From an uncultured delta proteobacterium (GTDB lineage Bacteria; Myxococcota_A; Polyangia; Fen-1088), in the NCBI GenBank assembly GCA_963767925.1, contig CAVYGB010000002.1, positions 544,001 through 608,000 on the forward strand: 64,000 nt of DNA. Reading direction: 5' to 3'. The notes under the pieces are model-generated. The model had not been told where the DNA came from. It was given only the letters and a program-made list of their open reading frames with translations, and did not search any database. The translations under genes and the position numbers were made by a program. Below are positions 29,609 through 40,472 of this stretch, one piece after another. Position 1 is the first letter of the stretch, and every line of letters begins with the position of its first letter.

Positions 29609-31408
29609 ATGGTCCTGACGCCACGCTCGCGCGCCACGCGCGCAACCTGCGCTCTCCGAGATCGGCGGTGTCGCGATCTGCCGGCGTGGGCCCGGGCGGT
29701 CTCGTTGGCCGTCGCGCTGGTGGGGTGCCGGGAGGTGGGGGTGGATGGGTTCCGGGCTTCCGTGAATCGGGCCTGTCCGCCGGGGTTCGACCTGGTCGGG
29801 GAGCGCTGTTTCCGGAAGACCGGTCCCGCGGAGACGGGCGATGGCGGGGTCGTGGTGGGGACGGATGGCGGGCGTGGCCCGGTCGGTCCGGGCGATGGGG
29901 GCGACATCGGTGGCGGAGATGGGGCGGTGGTGCGGTTCGATGGGCCGGGGGCAGGACGCGATGGGGAGGCCGGGATTCCGCCGGTGGGGCCGGCGCAGTT
30001 CCGGCTCGACCTCGTCGTCGAGGGGGCGGGGGTGGTGCGCGACTCGCTCACCGGGGGCATCTGCAGCGCCGGGAGCTCCTGCCAGGTGTCAGGGGCGCCG
30101 GGGCAGGTCGTCACGCTCGAGGCCGAGCCGGCCTACGACGCCCGCTTCGAGGGGTGGACGGGCGCCTGCGCCGGGATGGGGGCCTGCCGGATCACGCTCG
30201 ACGCCGACAAGGCCGTTACCGCCGGGTTCCGCCAGGTGCGGTGGGAGCCACCTCTTGGGGCCTGGGCCTCCCGGCTCGCGGTCGCCGGCGACAACGTCTA
30301 CATCGGTGGGGAGTTCGAGGGGACCGTCGAGATCGGCGGCACCACGCTGACGGCGGTCGGGGCGAGGGACGCGTTCATCGCGGCGCTCGACGACCTCGGC
30401 CAGCCCAGGTGGGCCAAGCGCTTCGGCGTCCAGATGGGTGAGAGCGTGCTGGGGCTGGCCATCGGGCCGGGCGACGCCCTCGTCATGGCCGGTCATTTCA
30501 GCGACGACGCCCCGCTGGCCTTCGAGGGGCGCAGCATCCCGGTCGACCCCCGCGTCAACGCGACGAACTTCCTCGCCACCTTTCGCCCGGATGGCACCCT
30601 CCTGTCGGCCCACGGCAACGGCGGCTGCAAAGGGCTCGCCCTCGACTCGCGGAGCAACGCCCTCTTTTACCCCCAGTATTACCCGGCCCAGCTCGCCAAG
30701 AAGACGCTGCAGGGCCAGACCATCTGGACCTATCCGGAGACCTTTCAGTTCTTCGTCGAGGACATGGCCGTCGACGCCAGCGACAGCTCGATCATCTGCA
30801 CCAGCACGGCGTCCCCCGTCACGTTGACCCTGCCGCAGGGCCGGCGCACGGTCACGCCGACGAACGAATGGGCGATCCTCGTCGTCAAGCTCGACCGGGA
30901 TGGGCAGGCCCAGTGGATGACCCTGCTGGACAACACGCGCACCTCCGACACCGACGCCGTCCTGTGCGACAGCCTGTCGCTGACCGCCGAGGGGGACGTC
31001 ATCGTGGCGGGGTACTACCACGGCACGCTCACCGGCGGGTCGTTCGCCCGGCGGAGCCAGGGCAGCGCCGACATCTTCGTGGCCCGGCTGGCGGCGAGCA
31101 ACGGCAGCCCGCGCTGGCTCAGCAGCTTCGGCTCGCCCGAGTTCGACAACGGATCGATCCGGATCGTCGAGGACAGCGGCAACCTCCTCCTCACGCCCCA
31201 GCTCGGCGGGGACACCGACTTCGGCGGCGGCGTCATCGTGCCCCCTCCCGGCGGCATCATCCGGATCGCCGGGGACAGCGGGGCCGTCGTCGGCCGCGTG
31301 TTGCCCGAGCTGAGCGACATCGTCATCGACCTGGCCCTGCACCCCCCATCGGGCGACTACTTCCTGCTCGACCTCAACCGCCGCGTCTCCCGGGTGCGGC
31401 TGCGCTGA
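29609..31408 (+). CDS. Beta-propeller lipoprotein with a divergent InlB-B-repeat-like domain
   Basis: LVGC lipobox, VTLEAEPA..ARFEGWTGAC repeat, propeller repeats DAFIAALDDLGQPRW and DIFVARLA..GSPRW. The start is uncertain. Confidence 0.7.
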   Translation: MVLTPRSRATRATCALRDRRCRDLPAWARAVSLAVALVGCREVGVDGFRASVNRACPPGFDLVGERCFRKTGPAETGDGGVVVGTDGGRGPVGPGDGGDIGGGDGAVVRFDGPGAGRDGEAGIPPVGPAQFRLDLVVEGAGVVRDSLTGGICSAGSSCQVSGAPGQVVTLEAEPAYDARFEGWTGACAGMGACRITLDADKAVTAGFRQVRWEPPLGAWASRLAVAGDNVYIGGEFEGTVEIGGTTLTAVGARDAFIAALDDLGQPRWAKRFGVQMGESVLGLAIGPGDALVMAGHFSDDAPLAFEGRSIPVDPRVNATNFLATFRPDGTLLSAHGNGGCKGLALDSRSNALFYPQYYPAQLAKKTLQGQTIWTYPETFQFFVEDMAVDASDSSIICTSTASPVTLTLPQGRRTVTPTNEWAILVVKLDRDGQAQWMTLLDNTRTSDTDAVLCDSLSLTAEGDVIVAGYYHGTLTGGSFARRSQGSADIFVARLAASNGSPRWLSSFGSPEFDNGSIRIVEDSGNLLLTPQLGGDTDFGGGVIVPPPGGIIRIAGDSGAVVGRVLPELSDIVIDLALHPPSGDYFLLDLNRRVSRVRLR

Positions 31409-31496
31409 CCACCGCTGGGGAGGTGGCCCCCCGGCTCAGCGAGCGGGGCCAGCGTCGGGCCGAGACGCCGGCCTGCTGAGGGCCTCCGGCTCCCGG

Positions 31497-32040
31497 TCAG
31501 GGCTCTACCACCTCGAAGAACACCGCGCCCGATTGCCGGCGGCCGTGGACGCGCCGGGTGAACCAGGGGTCGCGCGCGACGACGTCGTCGATGACCCGGA
31601 CGATCTGGTTGCGTTTGCCGTGGTCGCGGGGGTCGTCCGCGTCGACGCGGCAGAAGCGCGCCCGGCAGGCCACGACGTGGAACCAGGGGTGGTCCAGCGC
31701 GCGCATCGCCCGGCGCAGCTCGCTGGTCACCTTTGCGGTCAGCGCCGGATTGGACACGCTCTCCTCGAACCGGACCCACAGCGGCTTCCTCTCCTCCCAG
31801 CGCCGGGCCAGCGCCTCCACCCGGAGGTCGGTGGCGACGGCCTCGCTGCGACAGGCGTCCAGCGAGCGTGGCGGGGCGCCGGGGGCCAGGGCCTGGTGGA
31901 CGGCCCGGCGGTCCCGCGGCTCACCGGGGGCGAGGGTCGTCATCCTCGGCGTCCCGGGTCAGCCGCCGAGCGAGGCGCCGCGCCCAGGCGGCGTTGGCCA
32001 GCAGGTGACCGAAGGAGAAAGCAGCGGTTGTCTCGCTCAT
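31497..32040 (-). pseudogene. Deleted ECF sigma factor N-terminus joined to a C-terminal CRxxxC domain
   Basis: From ATG 32040 the frame reads MSETTAAFSFGHLLANAAWARRLARRLTRDAED (ECF region 2-like) and then stops. A downstream frame encodes HVVACRARFCRV. Confidence 0.5.
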
Positions 32041-32185
32041 GAAGGGGTGACGTCACCGCCCGCGGTGGTGTTGGGAAAATACCCCGCGCAGGCCCCACTT
32101 CGTCGAGAGTCATCCGACCGCTTCGTACCGCTGGCGACGGGTCAGCGAAGCAGTTCAGGCCGTGGCGCAGGCCTTCGACGGGGCG

Positions 32186-32970
32186 TCAGGGGGCGGATGC
32201 CGGCGGAGCGGACGGGGCCGTCGCAGCGACAGAGTTGTTGCGGCAGGTCCCTTCGATGCAGAAGAGGCCGTCCTTGCACGGGGTTTGACCCCAAGGGCCG
32301 GAGCAGAGCTCTCCTTCACCGGGCCGGTCACCGCAGGTGCGCGCGGGCGCAGGGGGCCGGCAGGTCAGCGGATAAACGCAGGCCTGGTTGAGGCATGCGG
32401 CGCCGCTCGGTTCGAGCGGGCGGCACATCCCGCTGGTTTCTTCGGTACTCCCGGGCTTGCAGTACAGCCCGCGCCGGCAGTCGACATTGACCCGCGACGG
32501 ATCGGAGCGTGAACAGGCCTCGCCCGCGTCCGAGAGCGGCACGCAGACCCCGCCCCGGCAGAGCAGCGGCGGCGCGCAATCGGAGGAGGAGGTGGGCTCG
32601 CCGCTGCACGCCTCTCCCACTCGCTTCTCTGGCACGCAGACGGCGGAATGGCAGATCGAGCCGGCCTCACAGCGGCCGCGACAAGGGCGGCCAGGTCCAG
32701 GGGGGCCGACGCAGACCGGAGTGGCGAGGGTGACATCGCAGATCAACGAACCTGCGCAGGGCCGGTACTCGTAGAGGTTGCCATTCATGGTCTGGCAGAC
32801 CTCGCCCGCGCGGGTATTACGGATACACACCCCGGGCCTATCGCGAGCGTCGTCATGGCAACTCAGGCCGGCAGCGCAGGCGAGATCGGTGATGCACGAC
32901 TCCCCTTCCTGCCGGAGCCCGGTGAACCCGAAGCGCTCTGTCTCCGAGATCTCCTTGAAACAGGGCTCAG
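32186..32970 (-). pseudogene. Cys-rich (Dickkopf-like repeat) protein fragment
   Basis: Repeats GESC..DLACAAGLSC, GEAC...DCAPPLLC and DCRRGLYC. No credible N-terminus. Confidence 0.6.
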
Positions 32971-33267
32971 CGTCGCTCGCGGTAGCCGAGGGAGGCCAGG
33001 AACATGTCCACGGTGGTGGTGACGAGGGCGTCGATCTGCTCGCGGAGCAGCGGCGTGTCGAGCATTCCCTGGCGCCCGCCTCATCTACCTCGCGGTTTCG
33101 GCCACTGCCTCCCGCGCCCCCTCCTCGGCCAGGTAGCCGAGGCCCTCCTGGACCACACAACCCGTTGACACCCTTCACCGTCCGCCCGCCTTTGGATGGG
33201 AAGATCGCGCCGTGCCGGCGTTGACAGATCGCCGGCTACCGGCGCGATCCCCATCCAAGGAGCTCCC

Positions 33268-33645
33268 ATGCCGATCGTCTGGAACCGCGAGGTCGAGAGC
33301 TACGTCGTCGAAGTGTTTTCCGGATCGACCCTGCCTTACACCCGCTCCCTGCGGGTCAAGCTGAAGGCCACCGACTCCTTGCCGGCCCACACCGTGAGCC
33401 TGAGCTTCCCGGTGTCCCCGCCTGCCGACTACATCGACATCAGCACCACGTTTACCACCATCCAGCTCGCCCTGAGCCAGTTCGAGGACGTGTACCGGCT
33501 CCTCCAGACGGAGAAGCCGATCTTCTTCACCGCCTACGAATACGACACCCTCCGCTTCGCCGGCTTCACCACCGACCCCGAGGCCACCGGGGAAGGGTTC
33601 CGCGACTCCGACGCCGGCCCGGCGATGACCTCGATGGCCGGCTGA
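33268..33645 (+). CDS. Hypothetical protein
   Basis: RBS AAGGAG, strong GC3 codon bias and globular composition. Confidence 0.7.
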   Translation: MPIVWNREVESYVVEVFSGSTLPYTRSLRVKLKATDSLPAHTVSLSFPVSPPADYIDISTTFTTIQLALSQFEDVYRLLQTEKPIFFTAYEYDTLRFAGFTTDPEATGEGFRDSDAGPAMTSMAG

Positions 33646-33849
33646 ACCCTCGAGGGCGAGGGCGGAGCCAGGCGCGGGCCTCCGCCCTGGCGCGCTGGCG
33701 CGCTGGCGCGCTGGTAGCACAACGCTCGCGCCCGAAAGCGGCAACGGTCGTTGTCGCGGCAACCGACGCGACGCCGATCACCGACGGCGAGAGCGCGCAA
33801 CCAAACGCCGGCTCCGCTGTCACGAGTTGCGACAGGAAGAGGTCGTCCT

Positions 33850-34423
33850 CGCGATGGCAGGCGATGCACGCGTCACCGGGTCGCATGCGAGGGCCCTCGC
33901 CGCCGGTGTACATGCTTCGGCTGGTGCAGACCGCCGCGGCGGCGAAGGGATCGGGGCCCGCGTCCGGACGGGCAGGGGCAGCGTCGCTGCCGGCGCCGGC
34001 GTCGGTGCAACCATCGGCCGGCAGGTCCATGCGCAGCCAGGTCTCGAGGGCGGCGGCCTCGCCGGGACTCACCGGCTCCCCCGGGGGCGGGGGCGGCGGC
34101 GCCTGGAGATTCGCGCAGGATCCGGTCGCGACGGGCGGAGCGACCGGCGCCGGGGCTGCGGCGGGGGGTGAGGGCAATCGATCGGGGATGGCGGCGGGTG
34201 GGGTGGCGGGAGCACCGGCCGGCGGGACCGCCGCCGCCGGCGGGACGACAGCCGCCGGTGGGTCGGACCGGGAGAGCGATTCGGCTCGGCGGGTGTCCAC
34301 TTCGCCAGCGACGCAGCCGAAGGCGGTCATCAGCAGCGTCATCACCAGCGAGGCCGGGAACCCTCTCCCGGGGGTCGTCATCACCGCCAGCGCCGGCGAA
34401 GCCGGGAACCCTCTCCCGCTGGA
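33850..34423 (-). pseudogene. Truncated c-type cytochrome lipoprotein
   Basis: Signal ending FGC, Pro-rich linker, then PRMRPGDACIACH, after which coding character is lost. Confidence 0.55.
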
Positions 34424-34684
34424 CATTCCGGAGGTCCCGCCGGTCTTTGCGGGGCACGAAGGGGAGCGATGATCCGGGAGCGCGTCGTTGCCCATCGATA
34501 GTCCTTGGGTCCTTGGAGTGAAGAGCCCCCGCAGCGGTCCGGAACGAGCCCAGCGACGACCCCGGCGGGTGAGACCGACCCTACGGGGGCCCTGGCGCGT
34601 CCGCTTGAGAGCCTCCTGAGAAGTTGCTCAAGGGCGGGCGCGGGGCGGGTGAGCGGCGGTCGCCGGGTCGGTTGGGTCTGTGAA

Positions 34685-34806
34685 CCCTCTCGCCGCGATC
34701 CGCCGTGGGGACAGGGCAGGGTGAGGGGCGGTTGCCACGCCGGAGGCCCCTCACCCGGCGCGCAGACGCGCCGACCTCTGCCCCCGGCAGACCGCGGGGA
34801 GAGGTG
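34685..34806. repeat. REP-like palindromic cluster (CCCTCTC...GGGGAGAGG type)
   Basis: Inverted CCCCTCACCC/GGGTGAGGGG units. GGCAGACCGCGGGGAGAGG is shared with 5174-5192. Confidence 0.6.
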
Positions 34807-35020
34807 ATGGAGCGGCACCTTGCGGGAGGTGAACCTGCGCGTGGGAAGAGACGGAGGCCAGCGCGGAATCCTCTCCAACCTGGTGGAACAGCAATCGGTG
34901 TTCGCCGGGGCAGAGGAGAGGGAGGGGGGCCCTGGCGCTCGTGTTAGTGTCCGCGCCTCGATGAGCGACGAAACACCTCGCCTTCCCGGCGATCGCACGC
35001 CCCCCGCGGCCGGGTAGCCG

Positions 35021-36784
35021 ATGGTTGCCTGGGCTTCGGCGGCGGCGGTGCTGCTGTACCTGCTGCCGGCTGCGGTGGTGCTGTGGCACCGGCGCGATCG
35101 GGAGCTGCTCGAGCTGGCGCAGTCGATCCCTCTCGCGGTCGCCGCCGATCTTCTGACGCTCTTCGCCGCCATGCTCGCGGTGCGGCTCGAGGTGGCGGTG
35201 ATCGCCTCGCGCGTGGCCTGGCTGGCCGGCGGGCTGGCGCTGGCCTGGGTGCGGCGGGCGCGGGACCCGGCGCGGTCCAGCGCCCTGTCTCCGCGGGCCC
35301 AGCTCGCGATCGCCCTGTGCGCGCTGGGCATGGTGGTCCTCAGCGTGGCGCTGTCCCGGCCCTACGCGATCTGGGATCGCATGTGGCACGCCCCCCTCGT
35401 CGCCTCGCTGCGCGGACAGGGCCTGCCCTTCGCCAACGTTTTCGAGCCGGGCCGCGTCCTGCACTACCACTTCTCGGGCAACGTCCTGGCGGCTGCGCTG
35501 CAGGTGCTCTCCGGCGCCACCATCCACGCCTCGCGCGCGCTCTCGCTGGCCCACGACCTGATGTTCGGCCTCATGGGGGCCAGCCTGGCGCTGCTGCTGC
35601 GCGGGTGCGGCCGCGGGCTGCTGGCCAGCGTGCTGCTGGCCTGGGCGGTGGCGCTGGCCGGGCCGTTCAGCCTGATCCCCCTCGACGCGCGTTACCCCTA
35701 CTGGGGCTACTCCATCCACGCCTTTCTCACCCTGAGCTACCGGCCCCACACCTCGATCTTCGGCCTGCTCACCGTTGGCGTGTGCGCCGTCCTGCTCGAT
35801 CGCGCGCGCCCGCGCCCGGCCGCGCTCATCGCGCTGTTCGCCCTGATGGGGATCACCGACGAGTTCTCCTCGGCCCTCCTGCTGTTCGCGCTGGGCGTCG
35901 CCTGGCTGGCCGAGCCGGCCCTCCTGCACGGCAAGCGCAGCCGCGGCCTCGGCGTGCTGGTCCTGGCGGGCCTCGCCATCCTGCTGGCGAACCTCCTGTT
36001 CCGGGCCTCGCTCGCCCCGGGCGGACCGGCGAGCGCCCTCGAGCTGGTGGCGCCGCGCGCGCCCGGCTTCGGCCACCCGTCCCTGCCGCTCACCTCTGCG
36101 AAGGGCGCGCTGGCGCTGTTCCTCGACCTGGCGCCCACGCTGGCCTGCCTGGCGGCCCTGCTGGTGCGAGGCCTGCGCCGCCGGGCGGGCCTGGCCTGGC
36201 TGAGCCTGGCGCTGGTGGCGGTGGGGGTGTTCGGGTTGACCTCGGTGCAGATCAACGGCGCGCCGGTCGAGTCCCACCGGTTCATGTCGGCGGCCGTCTT
36301 CGTCGTGGCGCTGCTCGCCTTCACCCAGGCCACCGGCCGCGCCGATCGCCTGCTGGCCGGCGTCGGCGGCGCGCTCGCCGCAGTCTCCACGCTGGTGTGG
36401 GCCGCCGTGGGGCACCCGCGGGCCTCGCGTTATTACCTCGACAAGGGCAACTACGCCGTCGACTGCCGGCAGGAGGTGGGCGCGCACCTCCTCGAGCGCC
36501 CCGTCCCCACTTACGTGTCCCCCGCGATCTGGGAGAGCTACTCCGGCTGCCGCCCCCTCTACGCCGCCGGCCTGCCCGCCTCGAACCAGTGGGGCATCAG
36601 CCTGGGCCCGCTGCTCGGCCCCGATGCCCTCGCCGCCGTCGCCGCCCAGCCCCCGCAGCAAGGCCCGCTGCCGATCGCCTGCCGCCGCGGCGACCCCGAC
36701 CCGATCTGCGCCGCCGCCCGCGCCAGCGCCCCCTGCCAGCCCGCCGGCCAGACCGCCGAGCGCTGCCTCCGCCCGCGGGAGTAG
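35021..36784 (+). CDS. Polytopic membrane protein, possibly GT-C-like
   Basis: Many hydrophobic helices, a periplasmic loop WDRMWH...HYHFSGN and a soluble C-terminal domain. Confidence 0.65.
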   Translation: MVAWASAAAVLLYLLPAAVVLWHRRDRELLELAQSIPLAVAADLLTLFAAMLAVRLEVAVIASRVAWLAGGLALAWVRRARDPARSSALSPRAQLAIALCALGMVVLSVALSRPYAIWDRMWHAPLVASLRGQGLPFANVFEPGRVLHYHFSGNVLAAALQVLSGATIHASRALSLAHDLMFGLMGASLALLLRGCGRGLLASVLLAWAVALAGPFSLIPLDARYPYWGYSIHAFLTLSYRPHTSIFGLLTVGVCAVLLDRARPRPAALIALFALMGITDEFSSALLLFALGVAWLAEPALLHGKRSRGLGVLVLAGLAILLANLLFRASLAPGGPASALELVAPRAPGFGHPSLPLTSAKGALALFLDLAPTLACLAALLVRGLRRRAGLAWLSLALVAVGVFGLTSVQINGAPVESHRFMSAAVFVVALLAFTQATGRADRLLAGVGGALAAVSTLVWAAVGHPRASRYYLDKGNYAVDCRQEVGAHLLERPVPTYVSPAIWESYSGCRPLYAAGLPASNQWGISLGPLLGPDALAAVAAQPPQQGPLPIACRRGDPDPICAAARASAPCQPAGQTAERCLRPRE

Positions 36785-36849
36785 CGCTCAGCACGGCCCG
36801 CCCAGACAGTCGATCAGGCGAGGGGCATTCTTGCTGGTCGAGGTCGCAT

Positions 36850-38364
36850 TCAGCGAACGGCAGAACCGGCGAGGCGGAGGCGGTCGGGGCGGCGGGGGCG
36901 GGAGCGGGCGGAGCTGGCGGGTGGGCAGGTGCCGCTCAGGTCGCGGGAGAAGGACCAGCCGCCCCAGCCGTCGGGGAAGGTGGTGGTGAGCTGGAAGCCC
37001 AGGCTGGCCAGCCGCTTGCCGGTCCAGAGATCGCGGCCGTTGGCCATCCGGGGCACGGGGTTGGCGGGCGCCCAGGAGACGTCGGCCGCGTCGAGGCGGT
37101 TGCCTTCGAACCGGAAGACGGCAAAGTGCCCGCGGCCTCCGTTGGTCGACTGCCCTTCGTAGTAGGGCGATCCGAGCGAGAAGACGTCGAGGCGGCGGCC
37201 GCCGAGGTCGGTGATCGGGTAGGCCCGGGTCTCGTGGACGTGACCGTGCAGGATCGCGGCGACGTTGTAGGGGCGCAGCGCCGCCAGCAGGGCGTCGCGC
37301 TGATCCTGATCCCACCAGCGGACCTCCGCGCTGAAGGGATCGAAGCCGTAGTGCATGACGACGAGGACGGGCCGGCAGGACGCGCCCACCTCGGCGGCCA
37401 GGTCCTCCTTCAGGAAGGTGAGCGCGCTCCGCGGATCACGCGTCGGCTGCCCAGCCGCGGGCGGTCGATCGGCGGCGACGAGGTTGAGCTGGACCAGGTG
37501 CAGGGCCTCCCAGTCCCAGGAGTAGTGGCCGGCGTTCCCGGGGGCGATGCGACGCACCTCGGGCCAGCCGCGCCGGACGCGGTTGCGGATCGACACGACG
37601 TCCACCGCGGGGGCTTGCCCCTGGTAGAGGAGGGAGACCCGCTCCAGCACGTCGAAGTCGTGGTTGCCGTACCCCTCGAACACGCGCCACCGGAGCTTGT
37701 GGAGATTCAGCCCGTCGTCACCCCGCAGCCCGTAGTCGCGCAGGAACAGCCCCAGCTCCGCGCTCATCCGTGGCCCCGCCACCTCGACCCCGTATTCGCC
37801 GGCAAGGTCGAAGCTGTACCGCTCCTCCGTGTACCACTCGCCCAGCGGATTGCGCCCCGCCTGCCCGTTCTGGGTGAGATCCCCCGCGATGATCACCCCC
37901 CGCGGCGCCCCCACCCGCTCCCCCTCCGCCGCGAACCCCCGCCCGCTCGGCCACAACAGCTCGGCCGCCTGATTGAGCGCCTGGATGTGAAACGCGTTCT
38001 TGTCCCCCGGCCCCCCACCGTATTGCGGATCCCCGAACGCAAAGAAGGTGACCGCCGTGGACGCGCCCGGCGCGGGCGCAGGGCTCGGCGCCGGCGGAGA
38101 GCTGGTTGCAGGCGACGGCGGGGTGGATGTCGGCGGAGGGCTGGGCGCGGGCTCGGGCGGCGGGCTCGGCGCCGGCGTGCCCGGCGGCAGCGGGTTCCCT
38201 GACGGGGGCGGCCCGGTTCCTGAAGTCGACGACGAGGGACCCGGCGCTCCCGGTGGGACGGGCGGCGGACCAGGCTGGCGATTTTGACCACAACCGAACG
38301 TCGATAGCGCCAGCGCGAGTACCAGCGCGCTCGCAACGGGCCCGAAAGCAACGCTCGACATCAC
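36850..38364 (-). CDS. Calcineurin-like metallophosphoesterase lipoprotein
   Basis: GDPQY, AGDLTQNG, GNHD, MHY and LHGHVH motifs; lipobox TFGC. Confidence 0.88.
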   Translation of the reverse strand: MMSSVAFGPVASALVLALALSTFGCGQNRQPGPPPVPPGAPGPSSSTSGTGPPPSGNPLPPGTPAPSPPPEPAPSPPPTSTPPSPATSSPPAPSPAPAPGASTAVTFFAFGDPQYGGGPGDKNAFHIQALNQAAELLWPSGRGFAAEGERVGAPRGVIIAGDLTQNGQAGRNPLGEWYTEERYSFDLAGEYGVEVAGPRMSAELGLFLRDYGLRGDDGLNLHKLRWRVFEGYGNHDFDVLERVSLLYQGQAPAVDVVSIRNRVRRGWPEVRRIAPGNAGHYSWDWEALHLVQLNLVAADRPPAAGQPTRDPRSALTFLKEDLAAEVGASCRPVLVVMHYGFDPFSAEVRWWDQDQRDALLAALRPYNVAAILHGHVHETRAYPITDLGGRRLDVFSLGSPYYEGQSTNGGRGHFAVFRFEGNRLDAADVSWAPANPVPRMANGRDLWTGKRLASLGFQLTTTFPDGWGGWSFSRDLSGTCPPASSARSRPRRPDRLRLAGSAVR

Positions 38365-38529
38365 CGTGGCGCAATCTACCCCCGCCGGTCTTCAAGCGGG
38401 TATCGATCCCGTCACGATCTCGAGGACCAGTCCTCCAAGCCGTCTCCTGAGCGCCGCAACCGCGTCGCCGGCCCGATCCGGGCCGGCACGGTCAGGCGGG
38501 AGGTGGGGGTTGGCCGTCGATACGAGGGA

Positions 38530-39007
38530 TCCGTTCGGACGAGGCGTTCGAAGGTCTTGCCGATGGTGTTGTAGTCGCCCTCGTGGGCGAGGGCGGCGAC
38601 GGGGATGGAGGGGCTGTCAACGAGCTCGACGGGGTACATGTCTGGTCTCCTTTTCATGAGGGCCAGGGTGGCGGCGGCGCCGCCCTGGTAACGCGAGGGT
38701 GGTTTTCCGTACTCGAGGCGAAAGGCGCGCGTGAAGGCGGCCTGGCTGCCGTAGCCCGCCCGGCGCGCGATCCGCTCGATGGGCACGTCGCCCGCCAGCA
38801 GGTCGATGGCGGCGCGGTGAAGGCGCAGCCGCCGGACGGTGTCGCGGGCGGTCTCGCCCTGGATGGCGTGATAGATGCGGTGAAAGTGGTAGGGCGAGAA
38901 GCAGGCGATGCGGGCGAGCTGCTCGAGTCCAGCGCATCGTCGAGGTGCTCGGCGATGTGGCTGGTGACGCGCTCGATGCGCGCGAAGTAGTCTCGGCTGC
39001 TGTCCAC
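38530..39007 (-). pseudogene. AraC-family regulator with GyrI-like domain, frameshifted and truncated
   Basis: ARIERVTSHIAEHLD / LARIACFSPYHFHRIY / AGYGSQAAFTRAF / ALAHEGDYNTIGKTF. Frameshift near 38925 and loss of the C-terminus. Confidence 0.8.
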
Positions 39008-39171
39008 GGCCGGACAGTAGCGAATCGCCTTTGATTCGGTTTGCGATTCTGGCCGGCCGGAGCGCCGGCCAGCGCCCCGGCGCGGCAGGCCGCCGCGGGG
39101 CGCTCGCTGGCCGTGGACGCGGCCGGGTCCGAGAGACTTGCGACGCTGCAGTCAGCTTGCGTCGCTGCTAA

Positions 39172-39780
39172 GAGCCAGCCGCTGAAACCTGTGGAGAATT
39201 TGCGCCGATGGGCGAAACGAGGTATCGAGGCCGGGACGCGTGCTCGTGGGCGTGTTCGAGCGCGTGTTCGTGTTTCGAGTTCGTGTGGGGCGAGCGGTGA
39301 GCGGCCAGGCGGCTCTCGGTGCGCGTAAATCACGCGAGCCGAGGCCCGCGGGCCGAACACGCTCACCACACACGGACACGAAGCCGTCACCATCACAGGG
39401 GCGAACGTGCACGACAAGTGGATGGTGGGCCAGACCCTGGATGCCATGGTCCTGCGGGGCCCTCGTGGTCCACGTCGCCCCAAGAACTTGTGCCTCGACA
39501 AAGGCTACGACTACGCCGACTGTGAGCAGGAGGTTCGCCGCCGTCGAATCGTTCCTCACATCCGCCGGCGAGGCGAACCACCACTGGTCGGCTGTGTTCA
39601 CGGTAGGCCGCGACGCTGGGTGGTCGAGCGCACCAACAGCTGGCACAACCGATATCGAGGTCTTCTCATCCGCTGGGAACGCAAAGCCGAGAATTACTTA
39701 GCCTTCGTTCGGCTCGCCTGTGCGCTGATTGCCTTCAACGCTGCCTCTCGTGCGTAATTCACAGGTTCAGCGGCTCACTC
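39172..39780 (+). mobile_element. IS5-family (IS1031-like) non-autonomous element, copy 3, both ends present, TSD TAA
   Basis: TAA|GAGCCAGCCGCTGAAACCTGTG ... CACAGGTTCAGCGGCTCACTC|TAA. Internal transposase 3' part ITGANVHD, LDKGYD, RWVVERTNSW. Confidence 0.9.
39383..39757 (+). pseudogene. IS5-family DDE transposase, C-terminal part
   Basis: AVTITGANVHD...CLDKGYD...RWVVERTNSWHNRYRGLLIRWERKAENYL. Confidence 0.85.
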
Positions 39781-40327
39781 TAAGACGCAAAAATTCGGGC
39801 AGGGCGAAGCTGGTTCCGTCGAAGGCCAGGCGCACGCCCTCGAGGTGGGTGAAGGGGCACTCCTCGGCGAAGTCCTGATCCGCGACGGTGGCTACCAGCC
39901 CCAGCTCGATCAGGTTCCCGTGCGAGATGATGAGGGCCGCGCCGGGGTCTGGCAGCTCGCGGGCGATGGTCAGCCAGGTCTCCCGGAGGGCCAGGCCCAT
40001 CCTTCGCGCCGGGCCCTCCTTCGCGAGGAGCTCCCGAAATTTCAGAAGCGGGCGCTCCGAGCTCCAGCGCTCGTGGCGGCCGATCTGCTCGTAGAAATCG
40101 GCGGGCAGGTCGCCCAGAACCTCCAGGCAATCCGTGACCGCATGTCCCATCGCCAGCGCCGTCTCCAGGGTGCGGGGGATGAGGCTGGTGAACACGCCCT
40201 GGAACGCGCCCAGCTCCGCGCCGAGCTGGCGCGCGCGCCTCACCCCCTCCAGCGACAGGTGGCTCCCGCGGCCGCGCCCGGAGTCCTTCTTCGTGAACGA
40301 GTGCCGCCTGACCTCCAGGACTCTCAT
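39767..40327 (-). CDS. Histidine phosphatase (phosphoglycerate mutase-like) family protein
   Basis: VRRHS, LSLEG, TSLIPRTLETA and IISHG. The last codons are supplied by the IS right end. Confidence 0.8.
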   Translation of the reverse strand: MRVLEVRRHSFTKKDSGRGRGSHLSLEGVRRARQLGAELGAFQGVFTSLIPRTLETALAMGHAVTDCLEVLGDLPADFYEQIGRHERWSSERPLLKFRELLAKEGPARRMGLALRETWLTIARELPDPGAALIISHGNLIELGLVATVADQDFAEECPFTHLEGVRLAFDGTSFALPEFLRLRVSR

Positions 40328-40472
40328 GGCGTCGGCCGAGCGTAGCCAACCCCGCCGGAGGCGGCAAGGACGTGACCCTGGCGACCCCATGCTCGCGAAT
40401 CAACCCGCCCGCCCGCCGTGGAGTCACCTCTCTTCCGCAGGCACGGGACATGTCGCGCGCCGCCTGGAGAAC

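Noticed and set aside
34349..34420. Regulatory direct repeat (GCCGGGAACCCTCTCCCG twice)
   Set aside because: It falls in the N-terminal coding region of a truncated gene and is best explained as a local duplication.
24860..34500. Integron cassette array
   Set aside because: No integrase and no recurring attC-like sites; genes face both directions.
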